Notes under the pieces: model-generated | The model's database searches: none | Seen by the model: the letters and a program-made list of their open reading frames with translations, nothing else | Told to the model about the DNA's origin: nothing | Part shown: positions 1-8,995 of the stretch, piece after piece | Layout of the letters: the number at the start of each line of letters is the position of its first letter | How positions within the stretch are numbered: position 1 is the stretch's first letter | DNA from: Bacteriovoracaceae bacterium | GTDB lineage: Bacteria > Bdellovibrionota > Bacteriovoracia > Bacteriovoracales > Bacteriovoracaceae | Direction: 5' to 3' | Length of the DNA stretch: 20,000 nt | Assembly: GCA_018649885.1 (NCBI GenBank) | Contig: JABIHA010000076.1 | Location: forward strand, 49,515-69,514 | Translations under genes and position numbers: made by a program

Positions 1-1
1 A

Positions 2-205
2 ATTGAGTTAATTCTAAATGGAGCGGCCATAAACTTTGTGGCTTACTCTAAATTTGTTACTCAAGATCTTGATGGTCACATTTTTCCACTCTTTATAATA
101 ATCGTGGCAGCAGCTGAGGCAGCTGTCGGTCTTGCAATTGTAATTAGATTTTATCAAATTCGAGAAACGATTCATATTGATGAAGCAACTCAATTACAAA
201 GTTAG
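2..205 (+). CDS. nuoK: NADH-quinone oxidoreductase subunit K (5'-partial, starts before window)
   Basis: Not in ORF track. Frame from base 2 reads IELILNGAAINFVAYSKFVTQDLDGHIFPLFIIIVAAAEAAVGLAIVIRFYQIRETIHIDEATQLQS* (TAG 203-205). Both NuoK glutamate motifs (IELxLN, AAAEAAVGLA) are present, directly upstream of nuoL. Confidence 0.95.
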   Translation: MELILNGAAINFVAYSKFVTQDLDGHIFPLFIIIVAAAEAAVGLAIVIRFYQIRETIHIDEATQLQS

Positions 206-223
206 GGTGAGGTAGAAAATATT

Positions 224-2407
224 ATGGATTATACAATTGGTACTGTCGCCCCTATTCTCTTGTTTCCTTTAGCAGCATTTGTAATTAATGCATTTATTGG
301 AAGAAAATTGCCCAGACAGGGTGATTGGGTTTCAATTATAGGAATACTTCTTTCTTTTGGTTGGTCTGCAAGAATTTTTAACGATTTTGTCTTTGGTCAC
401 TATTCTTCTGATTATTATGTTCACAAAGTTTTTACATGGATTGATTTATCTTATGGTGATTTTCCGTTTCAAATAGATCTTGGAATTTATATCGATAATA
501 TGACTGCCATGATGCTCTTGATGGTAAGTGGCGTTGCTGCTTTAATTCATATCTTTTCATCTTTTTACATGAAAGGTGATCCTCGCTACGGCAGATTTTT
601 TACATATTTGTCTCTGTTTACAACGGGGATGCTTGGCCTCGTATTATCTGAAAATTTACTTTCAGTTTTTATCTTTTGGGAATTGATGGGATTTTGTTCA
701 TACTCCCTTATTGGTTTTTACTATGAAAAAGAGGAGGCGGGTAACGCTTCCATGAAAGCATTTATGACCACTAGGGTAGGGGACGTCTGTTTCTTGCTCG
801 CGATTCTTGGAATTTGGTCAGTAGTTGGAAGTGTTAGCTTTGTCGATATATACAACCACTTAGCATCTGGAGCCTTTGAAGGACAAGTTGCGATACTGGG
901 AATACCACTAGCAAGCTTTTGTGCTTTTATGATTTTTGCAGGAACAATTGGAAAGTCCGCACAATTTCCACTTCAGGTTTGGCTACCCGATGCCATGATG
1001 GGCCCTACACCATGTTCGGCACTAATTCATGCAGCTACAATGGTTGCAGCCGGAGTTTATCTTTCACTAAGAATGTATCCACTAATGGAGGCGGGTCATT
1101 TGACGACCTTCATCGCCTATATTGGTGCCATAACTGCCTTTGGCGCAGCAACGATTGCTCTGATACAAACAGATATAAAAGCAGTGCTGGCCTATTCAAC
1201 AATTTCTCAGCTTGGTTATATGGTTTTGGGGATTGGGGTTGGCTCATACAATGCAGCCTTTATGCATTTGATCACACATGCTGTTTTTAAAGCATGTCTG
1301 TTTTTATCGGCTGGATCAGTTATTCACTCACTACACGATCACCATACTCATGGTCATGTTCAAGAAATGCCTCGAATGGGCGGACTTAGAAAGAAAATGC
1401 CATATACTTTTCTTGCAATGGCCTGCTGTACGCTAGCGATTTCTGGCGTGCCATTTTTCTCAGGATTTGTCTCAAAGGATAGAATTTTAGGAGATGCACT
1501 TTATTGGGGGATCACAGGACACCATGCCCATTGGTATCAAGCCATTCCACCCATATTAGGATTTGCAGCTGCATTCTTAACAGCTTTTTATATGTGCAGA
1601 ATGATGTTCTTAACATTTTTTGGAGAGCCAAGAGATAAAGAGCTTTATGAGCACTGTCATAAAGAGAAACTGTCATTAAATAGAAATATACCTCTACTCT
1701 TACTTGCTGTTTTTACACTTGGGGTTTGGTACTCGGGTTCTCTCACTGGCCAAGGCAAAGTTAAAGTCGCAGGTGATAGATATGAATGGTTTTCAACTCT
1801 AATTGAAAAGCCTAATACTTCTAATTTTAGAGAGTACACAAAAGAGCCCTTTGGACTAAAAGACACTAGGGGAACTGTTCACTTTGAAAAATCTCACTAT
1901 GATCCATCACACGGACTTAGTGAAGAAGAGGCTCATCATGTGCATACTGCTCACAATATTGGTGCTGGGCTATCTATCTTGGTTGCATTCCTTGGAATAT
2001 TCATAGCCTTTCTAATGTATATAAGAAAATCAATGGATCCGGGATTTTGGGTTCGAACATTCCATCGTTGGAATAAGGCACTAAAGGAAAAATATTATTT
2101 CGATCATCTTTATATTGATGTATTGATACAAAAAGTATTATTGACTGTGAACCGTTTGCTCGCAGCATTTGATATGGGTGTTTACGACCGCTTTGCCATT
2201 GATGGTATGGCTTCCGTAAACAGGTGGCTGTATAAGGCGGCAAACTTTTTTGATAATTTTATTGTCGATAATTCAGTAGATCTTACTGGTGTGTCCGTGA
2301 AGTTTTTAAATGTAGCTTCAAGAACGGTTCAGTCAGGAAAGGTTCAGTTCTATTTTATGGTACTGATACTTGCTGTAAGTTTTTATATATTAAAAATTAG
2401 CTTTTAA
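224..2407 (+). CDS. nuoL: NADH-quinone oxidoreductase subunit L (727 aa, extended lateral helix)
   Basis: Motifs [69 protein letters not shown]; C-terminal lateral helix and [8 protein letters not shown]; GAGG RBS upstream. Confidence 0.97.
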   Translation: [727 protein letters not shown]

Positions 2408-2422
2408 TTAAATGATAAGGAG

Positions 2423-3946
2423 TTGGTCTTGGAGAATTTATTAAGCTGTATTTTGTGGCTTCCTGTAGTTGGAATCGTAGCCGTACTATGCACGCCAAAA
2501 GGAAAGGACAACGCTGTAAGGTGGATATCACTTGCAGTGACAACCATTACTTTTGTATTGACTCTCGTTTTATACTGTAATTTTGATACCAGCATGTCTG
2601 AGATGCAATTTGCCATAAAAGTCCCTTGGATTAAGGCCTTTCACATCTTTTATAGTCTGGGTGTAGATGGAATATCTCTTCCAATGATTATATTAACGAG
2701 CCTCTTATTTGCTATTTGTATAATGAGCTCATGGACAATTACCAAATCAGTGAAGGGTTACTTTGCACTTCTTTTAATGCTTGAGTCATCTGTTTTTGGT
2801 GTATTCATGTCACTGGATTTTTTCCTCTTTTATGTATATTGGGAAATTATGCTTCTGCCTATGTTCTTTCTTATCGCTGTATGGGGTGGAGAGAATAGGG
2901 AATATGCTGCGATTAAGTTCTTTCTCTATACTTTTTTTGGATCAATTTTAATGCTTGTTGGTATGGTTGCTCTTTATTATGTAACAGGTCAGTCTAGCTC
3001 TTCATTTGATATTTTGGCCCTGCAGGGAGGAAATTTTACAAACGAGATGGTTAGTATTTTTGGATATGACTTTCACTTTAATAAATTATTCTTTTGGTTC
3101 ATGTTTATTGGCTTTGCTATCAAGGTGCCAGTGTTCCCTTTTCACACTTGGCTTCCGCACGCACACGTCCAGGCGCCAACTGCTGTTTCAGTCATCCTGG
3201 CAGGGGTGCTGTTAAAAATGGGAACCTATGGATTTTTAAGAATCAGCTTTCCCATTTTCCCTGAGGCCAGTGTTCATTACTCAACTGCAATCGCAGTACT
3301 CGGAGTGGTGAATGTTATCTATGGTGCGATGTGCGCGATGGCCCAGACAGATGTTAAAAAACTTATTGCATATTCATCGGTGTCCCACATGGGTTTTGTT
3401 ATGTTGGGGCTTGCGGCCATGACTGTTCAAGGTATGAACGGAGCAGTTCTTCAGATGTTTAACCACGGAACATCTACTGCAATGATGTTCCTACTAGTAG
3501 GGATTTTATATGAAAGATCTCACCACAGGTGGATTATCAGACCAGATGGAACAAAAGGTTTTGGCGGTTTATTCACTCAATTACCTAATTATTCAATAAT
3601 CTTTATTATTGGTATGTTTGCCTCTCTTGGTCTTCCTGGATTGTCTGGATTTATCTCAGAAGCCTTAATCTTTTTAGGTATCTACGAAAGATTTACAACA
3701 ATTACAGTTATAGCCGTATTTGGACTTTTGCTTGGAGCCGCATATTTACTGTGGATGTTCAAAAGAATGTTCTTTGGTGAAGTGATTGAAGAGTGTAAGA
3801 GCTACACTGATGTGAACGCACGAGAAATATTTTATATGCTGCCTCTTTGTATTGCAGTTGTTGTATTTGGTGTTTACCCAACCCCGATATTGGATATTAT
3901 GAGAGCTTCGGTTGGTGAGCTGGTTACACTACTTTCTAGATTTTAA
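2423..3946 (+). CDS. nuoM: NADH-quinone oxidoreductase subunit M
   Basis: GVDGIS, FYVYWE, KVPVFPFHTWLPHAHVQAPT, LLKMGTYG, AYSSVSHMG, GLPGLSGFISE. The true start is probably TTG at 2429, 6 nt after AAGGAG (2417-2422). Confidence 0.97.
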   Translation: MVLENLLSCILWLPVVGIVAVLCTPKGKDNAVRWISLAVTTITFVLTLVLYCNFDTSMSEMQFAIKVPWIKAFHIFYSLGVDGISLPMIILTSLLFAICIMSSWTITKSVKGYFALLLMLESSVFGVFMSLDFFLFYVYWEIMLLPMFFLIAVWGGENREYAAIKFFLYTFFGSILMLVGMVALYYVTGQSSSSFDILALQGGNFTNEMVSIFGYDFHFNKLFFWFMFIGFAIKVPVFPFHTWLPHAHVQAPTAVSVILAGVLLKMGTYGFLRISFPIFPEASVHYSTAIAVLGVVNVIYGAMCAMAQTDVKKLIAYSSVSHMGFVMLGLAAMTVQGMNGAVLQMFNHGTSTAMMFLLVGILYERSHHRWIIRPDGTKGFGGLFTQLPNYSIIFIIGMFASLGLPGLSGFISEALIFLGIYERFTTITVIAVFGLLLGAAYLLWMFKRMFFGEVIEECKSYTDVNAREIFYMLPLCIAVVVFGVYPTPILDIMRASVGELVTLLSRF

Positions 3947-3964
3947 TAAACGAAGGAAATACCT

Positions 3965-5431
3965 GTGATGTTAAAACTTCTTTCAAATATGTCTTTTTAT
4001 GTACCAGAGTTGGTATGTATTTTGACCATGTGTACACTGCTGTTTATGGAAGCATTTTATGGCGACAAGTCTAAAGGCAGAACTTTCGTTTATATCACGG
4101 CCATGATTGGCCTTGCTATAGCCTTTGCAGTGCTCGCTTGTTCTGTTGGAAATAAGCCTCAGCCAATTTTTTACAATGCACTCATAATTGATTCATTTAG
4201 CACAGTGATGAAAATGATTATGGTTCTTGGAACATTGGGTGTTTTTTATCTATGCTCTCAATCAACTGACATATATGAAGATTTGAAAACAGAGTTTCTT
4301 GTTATGACTATTGGTGTGCTTATTGGGGGGATGCTTTTATCATCGGCCAATAACTTACTCACGGTTTATCTAGGAATTGAAACTCTCTCTATACTGTCTT
4401 ATGTTCTTGCAGCTTTTAAGAAAAGAGACGGCCGCTCATCTGAGGCTGGTTTAAAATATGTTCTCTATGGCGGGATTACTGCAGGGGTAATGCTTTACGG
4501 AATTAGTCATATCTATGGTATTTTGGGAACAATTCAATTTTCTGAAATTCCAGGATTGATTAAGGCCTTAGATTCTCAGCAAACACTTCTGCTCTTGCCT
4601 GCATTTGTATTATTCTTCGTTGGCATTGGTTACAAAATTGCTTGTGTGCCTTTCCATATGTGGAGTCCGGATGTTTATGAGGGCTCTCCTGTTCCTGTAA
4701 CAACTTTTTTCTCTATCGTGCCAAAGCTTGCCGGAATGGCAGTTTTGATTCGAGTGACTTTAGTTTTTTTCAATCACGATGGAGTTTTACAGACGGCTTG
4801 GGTTGGCTTGATGCAAGTTCTTGCTGCTCTTACAATGTTTGTCGGTAATATTACTGCAATAAATCAAAAGTCAGTAAAAAGAATGCTGGCATTTTCATCC
4901 ATTGCTCACGCTGGTTTTATGATGTGCGGGATATTGGTTTTGAATGCAACAGGTATTCGGGCCATTTTGTTCTACGGAGCGACATATCTATTTATGACCT
5001 TGCTGGCTTTCTATGTGACCTCATTTATTATTGATAAATATGGCACTGATGATCACGAGCGCTTTACTGGACTTATTTCCAAGCATCCCCTTGTTGCAAT
5101 TAGTATGTCAGTGGCCCTTTTCTCCCTGGCGGGACTTCCTCCTTTCAGTGGCTTCATAGCGAAATTTAATATTCTTTCTGCCCTTATTGAATCAGAGAAA
5201 TATAGTCTTGCTCTAATCGCTGTGTTGAATTCGGTAATTTCACTTTATTACTACCTTCGGTTGGTTAAAACCATGTGTGTGAATGAAGCTGACAGTAGTG
5301 AGCCTATCGAGGGCCTGGGATTTGTAAATCAAGCAGTAATAGTAGGGCTTGGTATTCCGGTAATACTGCTAGGCGTTTTCTGGGAAAAGCTAATGCTCGT
5401 TGCTGATGGTGCAAAGATTTTTATTCAATAA
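3965..5431 (+). CDS. nuoN: NADH-quinone oxidoreductase subunit N
   Basis: YLGIE, SSEAGLKY, KIACVPFHMWSPDVYEG, KRMLAFSSIAHAG, SLAGLPPFSGFIAKF, SLYYYLR; follows nuoM. Confidence 0.97.
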   Translation: MMLKLLSNMSFYVPELVCILTMCTLLFMEAFYGDKSKGRTFVYITAMIGLAIAFAVLACSVGNKPQPIFYNALIIDSFSTVMKMIMVLGTLGVFYLCSQSTDIYEDLKTEFLVMTIGVLIGGMLLSSANNLLTVYLGIETLSILSYVLAAFKKRDGRSSEAGLKYVLYGGITAGVMLYGISHIYGILGTIQFSEIPGLIKALDSQQTLLLLPAFVLFFVGIGYKIACVPFHMWSPDVYEGSPVPVTTFFSIVPKLAGMAVLIRVTLVFFNHDGVLQTAWVGLMQVLAALTMFVGNITAINQKSVKRMLAFSSIAHAGFMMCGILVLNATGIRAILFYGATYLFMTLLAFYVTSFIIDKYGTDDHERFTGLISKHPLVAISMSVALFSLAGLPPFSGFIAKFNILSALIESEKYSLALIAVLNSVISLYYYLRLVKTMCVNEADSSEPIEGLGFVNQAVIVGLGIPVILLGVFWEKLMLVADGAKIFIQ

Positions 5432-5460
5432 TCGACCTTCCAGTCTCCTAATTATATAAT
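5432..5460 (+). promoter_or_regulatory. Candidate sigma70 promoter for the divergent membrane-protein cluster
   Basis: TCGACC (5432-5437, 4/6 to TTGACA), 17-nt spacer, perfect TATAAT (5455-5460); GGAG RBS at 5484-5487 before TTG 5493. Confidence 0.55.
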
Positions 5461-5492
5461 TTTAGTATGTTGAACACTTCTGGGGAGATGGA

Positions 5493-5777
5493 TTGTCTGT
5501 TTTAACATTATTATTTATTGCTATTGTCCTGGTGATTTTGGCTGACCTAATCCTGGGTTCATTCACAGAGAAAAGTCTTGCGGCCAATTCTGTTTTTTTT
5601 TCCAAGAGGTCTTTCTCAACTAGCCTAGGTAGTATTTTAACTGCCCTTCTGAGGCTTTCTCTTTTTGCTGTGATAGTATCGGTTTATCTTTTCGGAGGGT
5701 TAAAAATAGAACCAAGCCAGCTTGTTTTGCTTTTTGGAATTTTGGCAATGATTTTATTTTTGATGCATAGAGGATAG
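5493..5777 (+). CDS. Small 3-TM membrane protein, divergent NuoA-like
   Basis: 94 aa, three hydrophobic segments with a loop after TM1. LSLFAVIVSVYLF falls where NuoA has FIIFDVExxFLF, and the end LMHRG resembles NuoA W-K/R-K-G. First gene of an A-H-J-K-L-M-N series. Confidence 0.55.
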   Translation: MSVLTLLFIAIVLVILADLILGSFTEKSLAANSVFFSKRSFSTSLGSILTALLRLSLFAVIVSVYLFGGLKIEPSQLVLLFGILAMILFLMHRG

Positions 5778-5780
5778 TAA

Positions 5781-6626
5781 ATGGTTATTGCGGGAACACT
5801 GTCTTTTTTATTAGTAAATATTTTGGCAGCAATTTTTGGCTTATGCGATAGATTTCTATTTAATTCAAAAAATTTTGGTTTCGGTAGCGCTAGCTCAAAT
5901 AAAATTACAAATAAAGAAAATTCAATATTTCTGCTGAGAAACAAAGCCAACTGGGAAAAAATGCATCCCATTGTATTGATGTACACTCATCTTTTAGTGC
6001 ATTTCGTTCTGATTTTCACATTACTTGTCAGCTCGCAGGGATGGAATACCTATCTCTATTTGAGTATTGCGAGTCAAATTTTAGTAGAGGTTTTATTTTT
6101 GGCCTTTAGTTTTAAAGGGCAGGGACAAAGTATTTCAAAGCTTTGGGAATTGTCCGCAGTGACATTTAGCTATGGCGTTTTATATATAGCACTTTTTTCA
6201 TATCTAATGTTTTTTTACATAGAAAATATTGGCAATGTAGATAAGGTTTTGTGTAGCCTTTTCCTGGTAGTCTTAATTGGAATTGAGGATAAATTTTGGC
6301 GCAATTATTTGGGAACTATTAGCCCCTTTAAATATGAAAGTATGACTCAAAATTTAAAGTTAGTGCTAAAACTCTTTTTGGTAGCAATTTCTGCAACAGC
6401 TCTACTTACACTGGATGGATCGGTTTTAGATCAATCAATTTCCAGTTTTTTAACACTAGGTAATATTGTTATTTCCACTATGCTTGTGGTTTTGTTTTTT
6501 CCTCTTATTTCGGTTGTTCACTTATGGGCCGATAAGATGAGTAGAAAAAATGCACTCGATCTCGCGAATTTAATTGCTTGGCCGGTGATATTTTTGGGCC
6601 TACTGATTGGAGGTCTCCTTGCATAG
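5781..6626 (+). CDS. Polytopic membrane protein, divergent NuoH-like
   Basis: 281 aa. AAIFGLCDRFL resembles NuoH A-F/Y-L-T-L-L-ERK; SAVTFSYGV resembles AAQxISYEV; C-terminal DKMSRKNALDLANLIAWPVIFLGLLI resembles PRxRYDQLMxLGWKxLLPLALxNL. Confidence 0.65.
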   Translation: MVIAGTLSFLLVNILAAIFGLCDRFLFNSKNFGFGSASSNKITNKENSIFLLRNKANWEKMHPIVLMYTHLLVHFVLIFTLLVSSQGWNTYLYLSIASQILVEVLFLAFSFKGQGQSISKLWELSAVTFSYGVLYIALFSYLMFFYIENIGNVDKVLCSLFLVVLIGIEDKFWRNYLGTISPFKYESMTQNLKLVLKLFLVAISATALLTLDGSVLDQSISSFLTLGNIVISTMLVVLFFPLISVVHLWADKMSRKNALDLANLIAWPVIFLGLLIGGLLA

Positions 6627-7080
6627 TATATTTTTAGAAGTAGCAATTTGGATATTTACAATTGTTTCTCTTTTGTATTTTTTATTAAATAAAAACTCAA
6701 TTAATCAGATCAAATCACTACTCGTAGTCCTGCTTTCAATCGCAATCTTATTTGTTAGTGCAAAACAATATCAGGCATTGATTGTTTTTCTTTTTGTTAA
6801 CTTGTTGGCCCTATTCTTAATAACCCTTTTCCACCTTAGTTTTGATGGATTTAAAGAAAAGGTGAAATTCTATAGGGGGATGAGGTTAGAGTCACTTATT
6901 AGTGTTGTGATTTGTTTAGGTCTACTTGGCCTATGTCTTCTTCTTTCAGAAAGATTTCCTGAGGATTACAACATAGATGTTTCAACATTAAGCTTAAAAT
7001 TTGAATTAATAGAAATAGCACCAATTTTTCTTTTATCAATTATGGGAATGGGATTAGTAGTCAAACATGGAAGTAAGTAG
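6607..7080 (+). CDS. Membrane protein, divergent NuoJ-like
   Basis: 157 aa, about 5 TM. LLNKNSINQIKSLLVVLLSIAILF resembles NuoJ xxxKNPVHSxLxLxxxxxSIAxLF; C-terminal FELIEIAPIFLLSIMGMGLV resembles PFExxSxLLLxAMIGAIxL. The start may be TTG 6619, after GGAGG 6609-6613. Confidence 0.65.
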   Translation: MEVSLHSIFLEVAIWIFTIVSLLYFLLNKNSINQIKSLLVVLLSIAILFVSAKQYQALIVFLFVNLLALFLITLFHLSFDGFKEKVKFYRGMRLESLISVVICLGLLGLCLLLSERFPEDYNIDVSTLSLKFELIEIAPIFLLSIMGMGLVVKHGSK

Positions 7081-7363
7081 CGAACTGACAATAGTGCGGT
7101 CATTCTGGGTTCTATATTTTGTAGGAATTGTAGGGTTTATTACAAAAAAAACTATTTCACAAAAATTGATGGCAGCTTTTTTAATACTGCTCGCTAACTC
7201 GGCTTTATTGCTTTCAAATGTTGACAAGGCTCAATCTGGAAAAGAAGCATTTGTTTTTTCCATAATTTCAGTTGTGTCACTTTTAACTCTTTTATTGTTT
7301 TACTTAATATCGAATAAAATATTGTTCAAATATAAAACCTTAGATTTGGATACTTTAGAATAG
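7067..7363 (+). CDS. Small 3-TM membrane protein, divergent NuoK-like
   Basis: 98 aa. LYFVGIVGFITKK resembles NuoK LFxIGxxGxLxRR; C-terminal YKTLDLDTLE resembles the window's own NuoK RETIHIDEA; both glutamates are absent. Confidence 0.7.
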   Translation: MEVSSELTIVRSFWVLYFVGIVGFITKKTISQKLMAAFLILLANSALLLSNVDKAQSGKEAFVFSIISVVSLLTLLLFYLISNKILFKYKTLDLDTLE

Positions 7364-8995
7364 ATGATTATATTTTTATACTTTACCCTATTTAATCTTA
7401 TGAAAAGCCTTCTTACAAAACAGCGTTATTTGTTGTTTGGGTTTGGCATGTTTTTCTACGTTTTCTATTCAGCATGGTTAAATTTTGCAGGAGAAGTTAA
7501 TTTAATAGGTTTTGATTCAATAGTGGGGGCAAGCTCACTTTGGAGTATTCAATCAATTTTGACAAGAAGTGATATCTTGCTTTTAACGTTTGTTACAACT
7601 GTTCTTGGCCTCGTTGGAATTGGTTCCACAAATCGAAATTGGATTTTAAAAAGAGAAACACACTATCTGTTTCAGTTCTTACTTTTAGTATTTCTTATTG
7701 GCGCCAAAAATGTCTTGTTTGTACCAGTCGTTTTGGGTGCAAAAATTCTTGCAGATGAATGGAAAAAAGAAGATTTTGGTATTGGGGTAACGGATTGGAT
7801 TTTAGCAATTTCACTTTTAGCAGTTTTAATTAGTGACAAAATGACTCTATTTGGTGAGATTCAGGTGGATGGTGTTAGCCGTGTAGTGTTGTATGCCATT
7901 TCAATTGTTTTTTCTCTGCACTCAGCAATCAAGGTATTTCTTGCCTCGCGAAACTTTACACATCGTCATATTGAAAGAGCCTTTTTTGATCTGATGGTTC
8001 TTCTGATTTGTCTTGGCAAATTATCAGCTGTTGATATTGCTGCTTATGGAGTGGCCTTTGATTTTATCGCCCTTGTATTTTTGGCGCTATCACTAGTTCA
8101 AGTTATGAGTTGGAAAAAAGGCGCAAAAAATACCTTTCAAAGGTTTGTCCTTCTAAAAGTTAGCCTTTATTTATTCTTTCTATTCTCCACGAGAAGTAGT
8201 GGTGTTACTCAGCTCTTTATAGGGGATATATTCTTTCTCTGTTCAGTAAATAGTCTTTTTTTCTTAAACAAGAAAGATCATCTGGCTTTTAAGGTGGTTC
8301 CATTCTTATTAACATTAGTATTTTTGGGAATACCTTTTGTTGGACTGACCTCTCTTGAAACCTTTTTCTATAAAGAGATGTTACTTTCTAAGAGTCTCAC
8401 TTTAGGATTGATTGTATTGTTACTCAACTTATCTTCAAATCTATACTTTATTATTTTTATTAAGAAAAAAGCACTGGAGAGGCGAGATCAAAAATTTGAC
8501 AACAAAAATATCATCTTTGCAGTAATGCTACTCACTTTGAATATTGGGATGCTTCCAATGATTCAATACATTTCGGGAGTTAACTTTAGTTATTCAGAAA
8601 ATCCGTGGGAAATAGTCGCAATCGTTTTCTTCTTGTTGCTGAAAGCCTTTTTCGTAGTGTATTTCTTAATTATACCGGCCCAATTTAACAAAGAAGTAAA
8701 AGGTGAGGGGATGCCACTGCTTGTCTTGGGTAAATTTAGATTAAAAAATGACTATGGTTTGGAGAAGAGATTATTCCCAATATATTACCTATTCACCGCT
8801 TGTGCCAAAGCAATATCCTCGGCATTTGTGGTCTTTGAATTAGGAATTAGGCAGTTAGGAACTCTTTTTCTCGAGCTAACGGTACTAGCTGAGGGAAGAG
8901 GAAGCTATATTTTCAATAAGCAGCTTACATATATTTTATTAATTTTTTTATTTCTAATCCTTAGTTTAGCAAGTGGGATTAATTTATGGGCCTAG
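7364..8995 (+). CDS. Polytopic membrane protein, divergent NuoL-like
   Basis: 543 aa. [16 protein letters not shown] aligns with NuoL [28 protein letters not shown] aligns with [11 protein letters not shown], followed by a roughly 50-aa amphipathic segment and a final TM. Confidence 0.65.
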   Translation: [543 protein letters not shown]

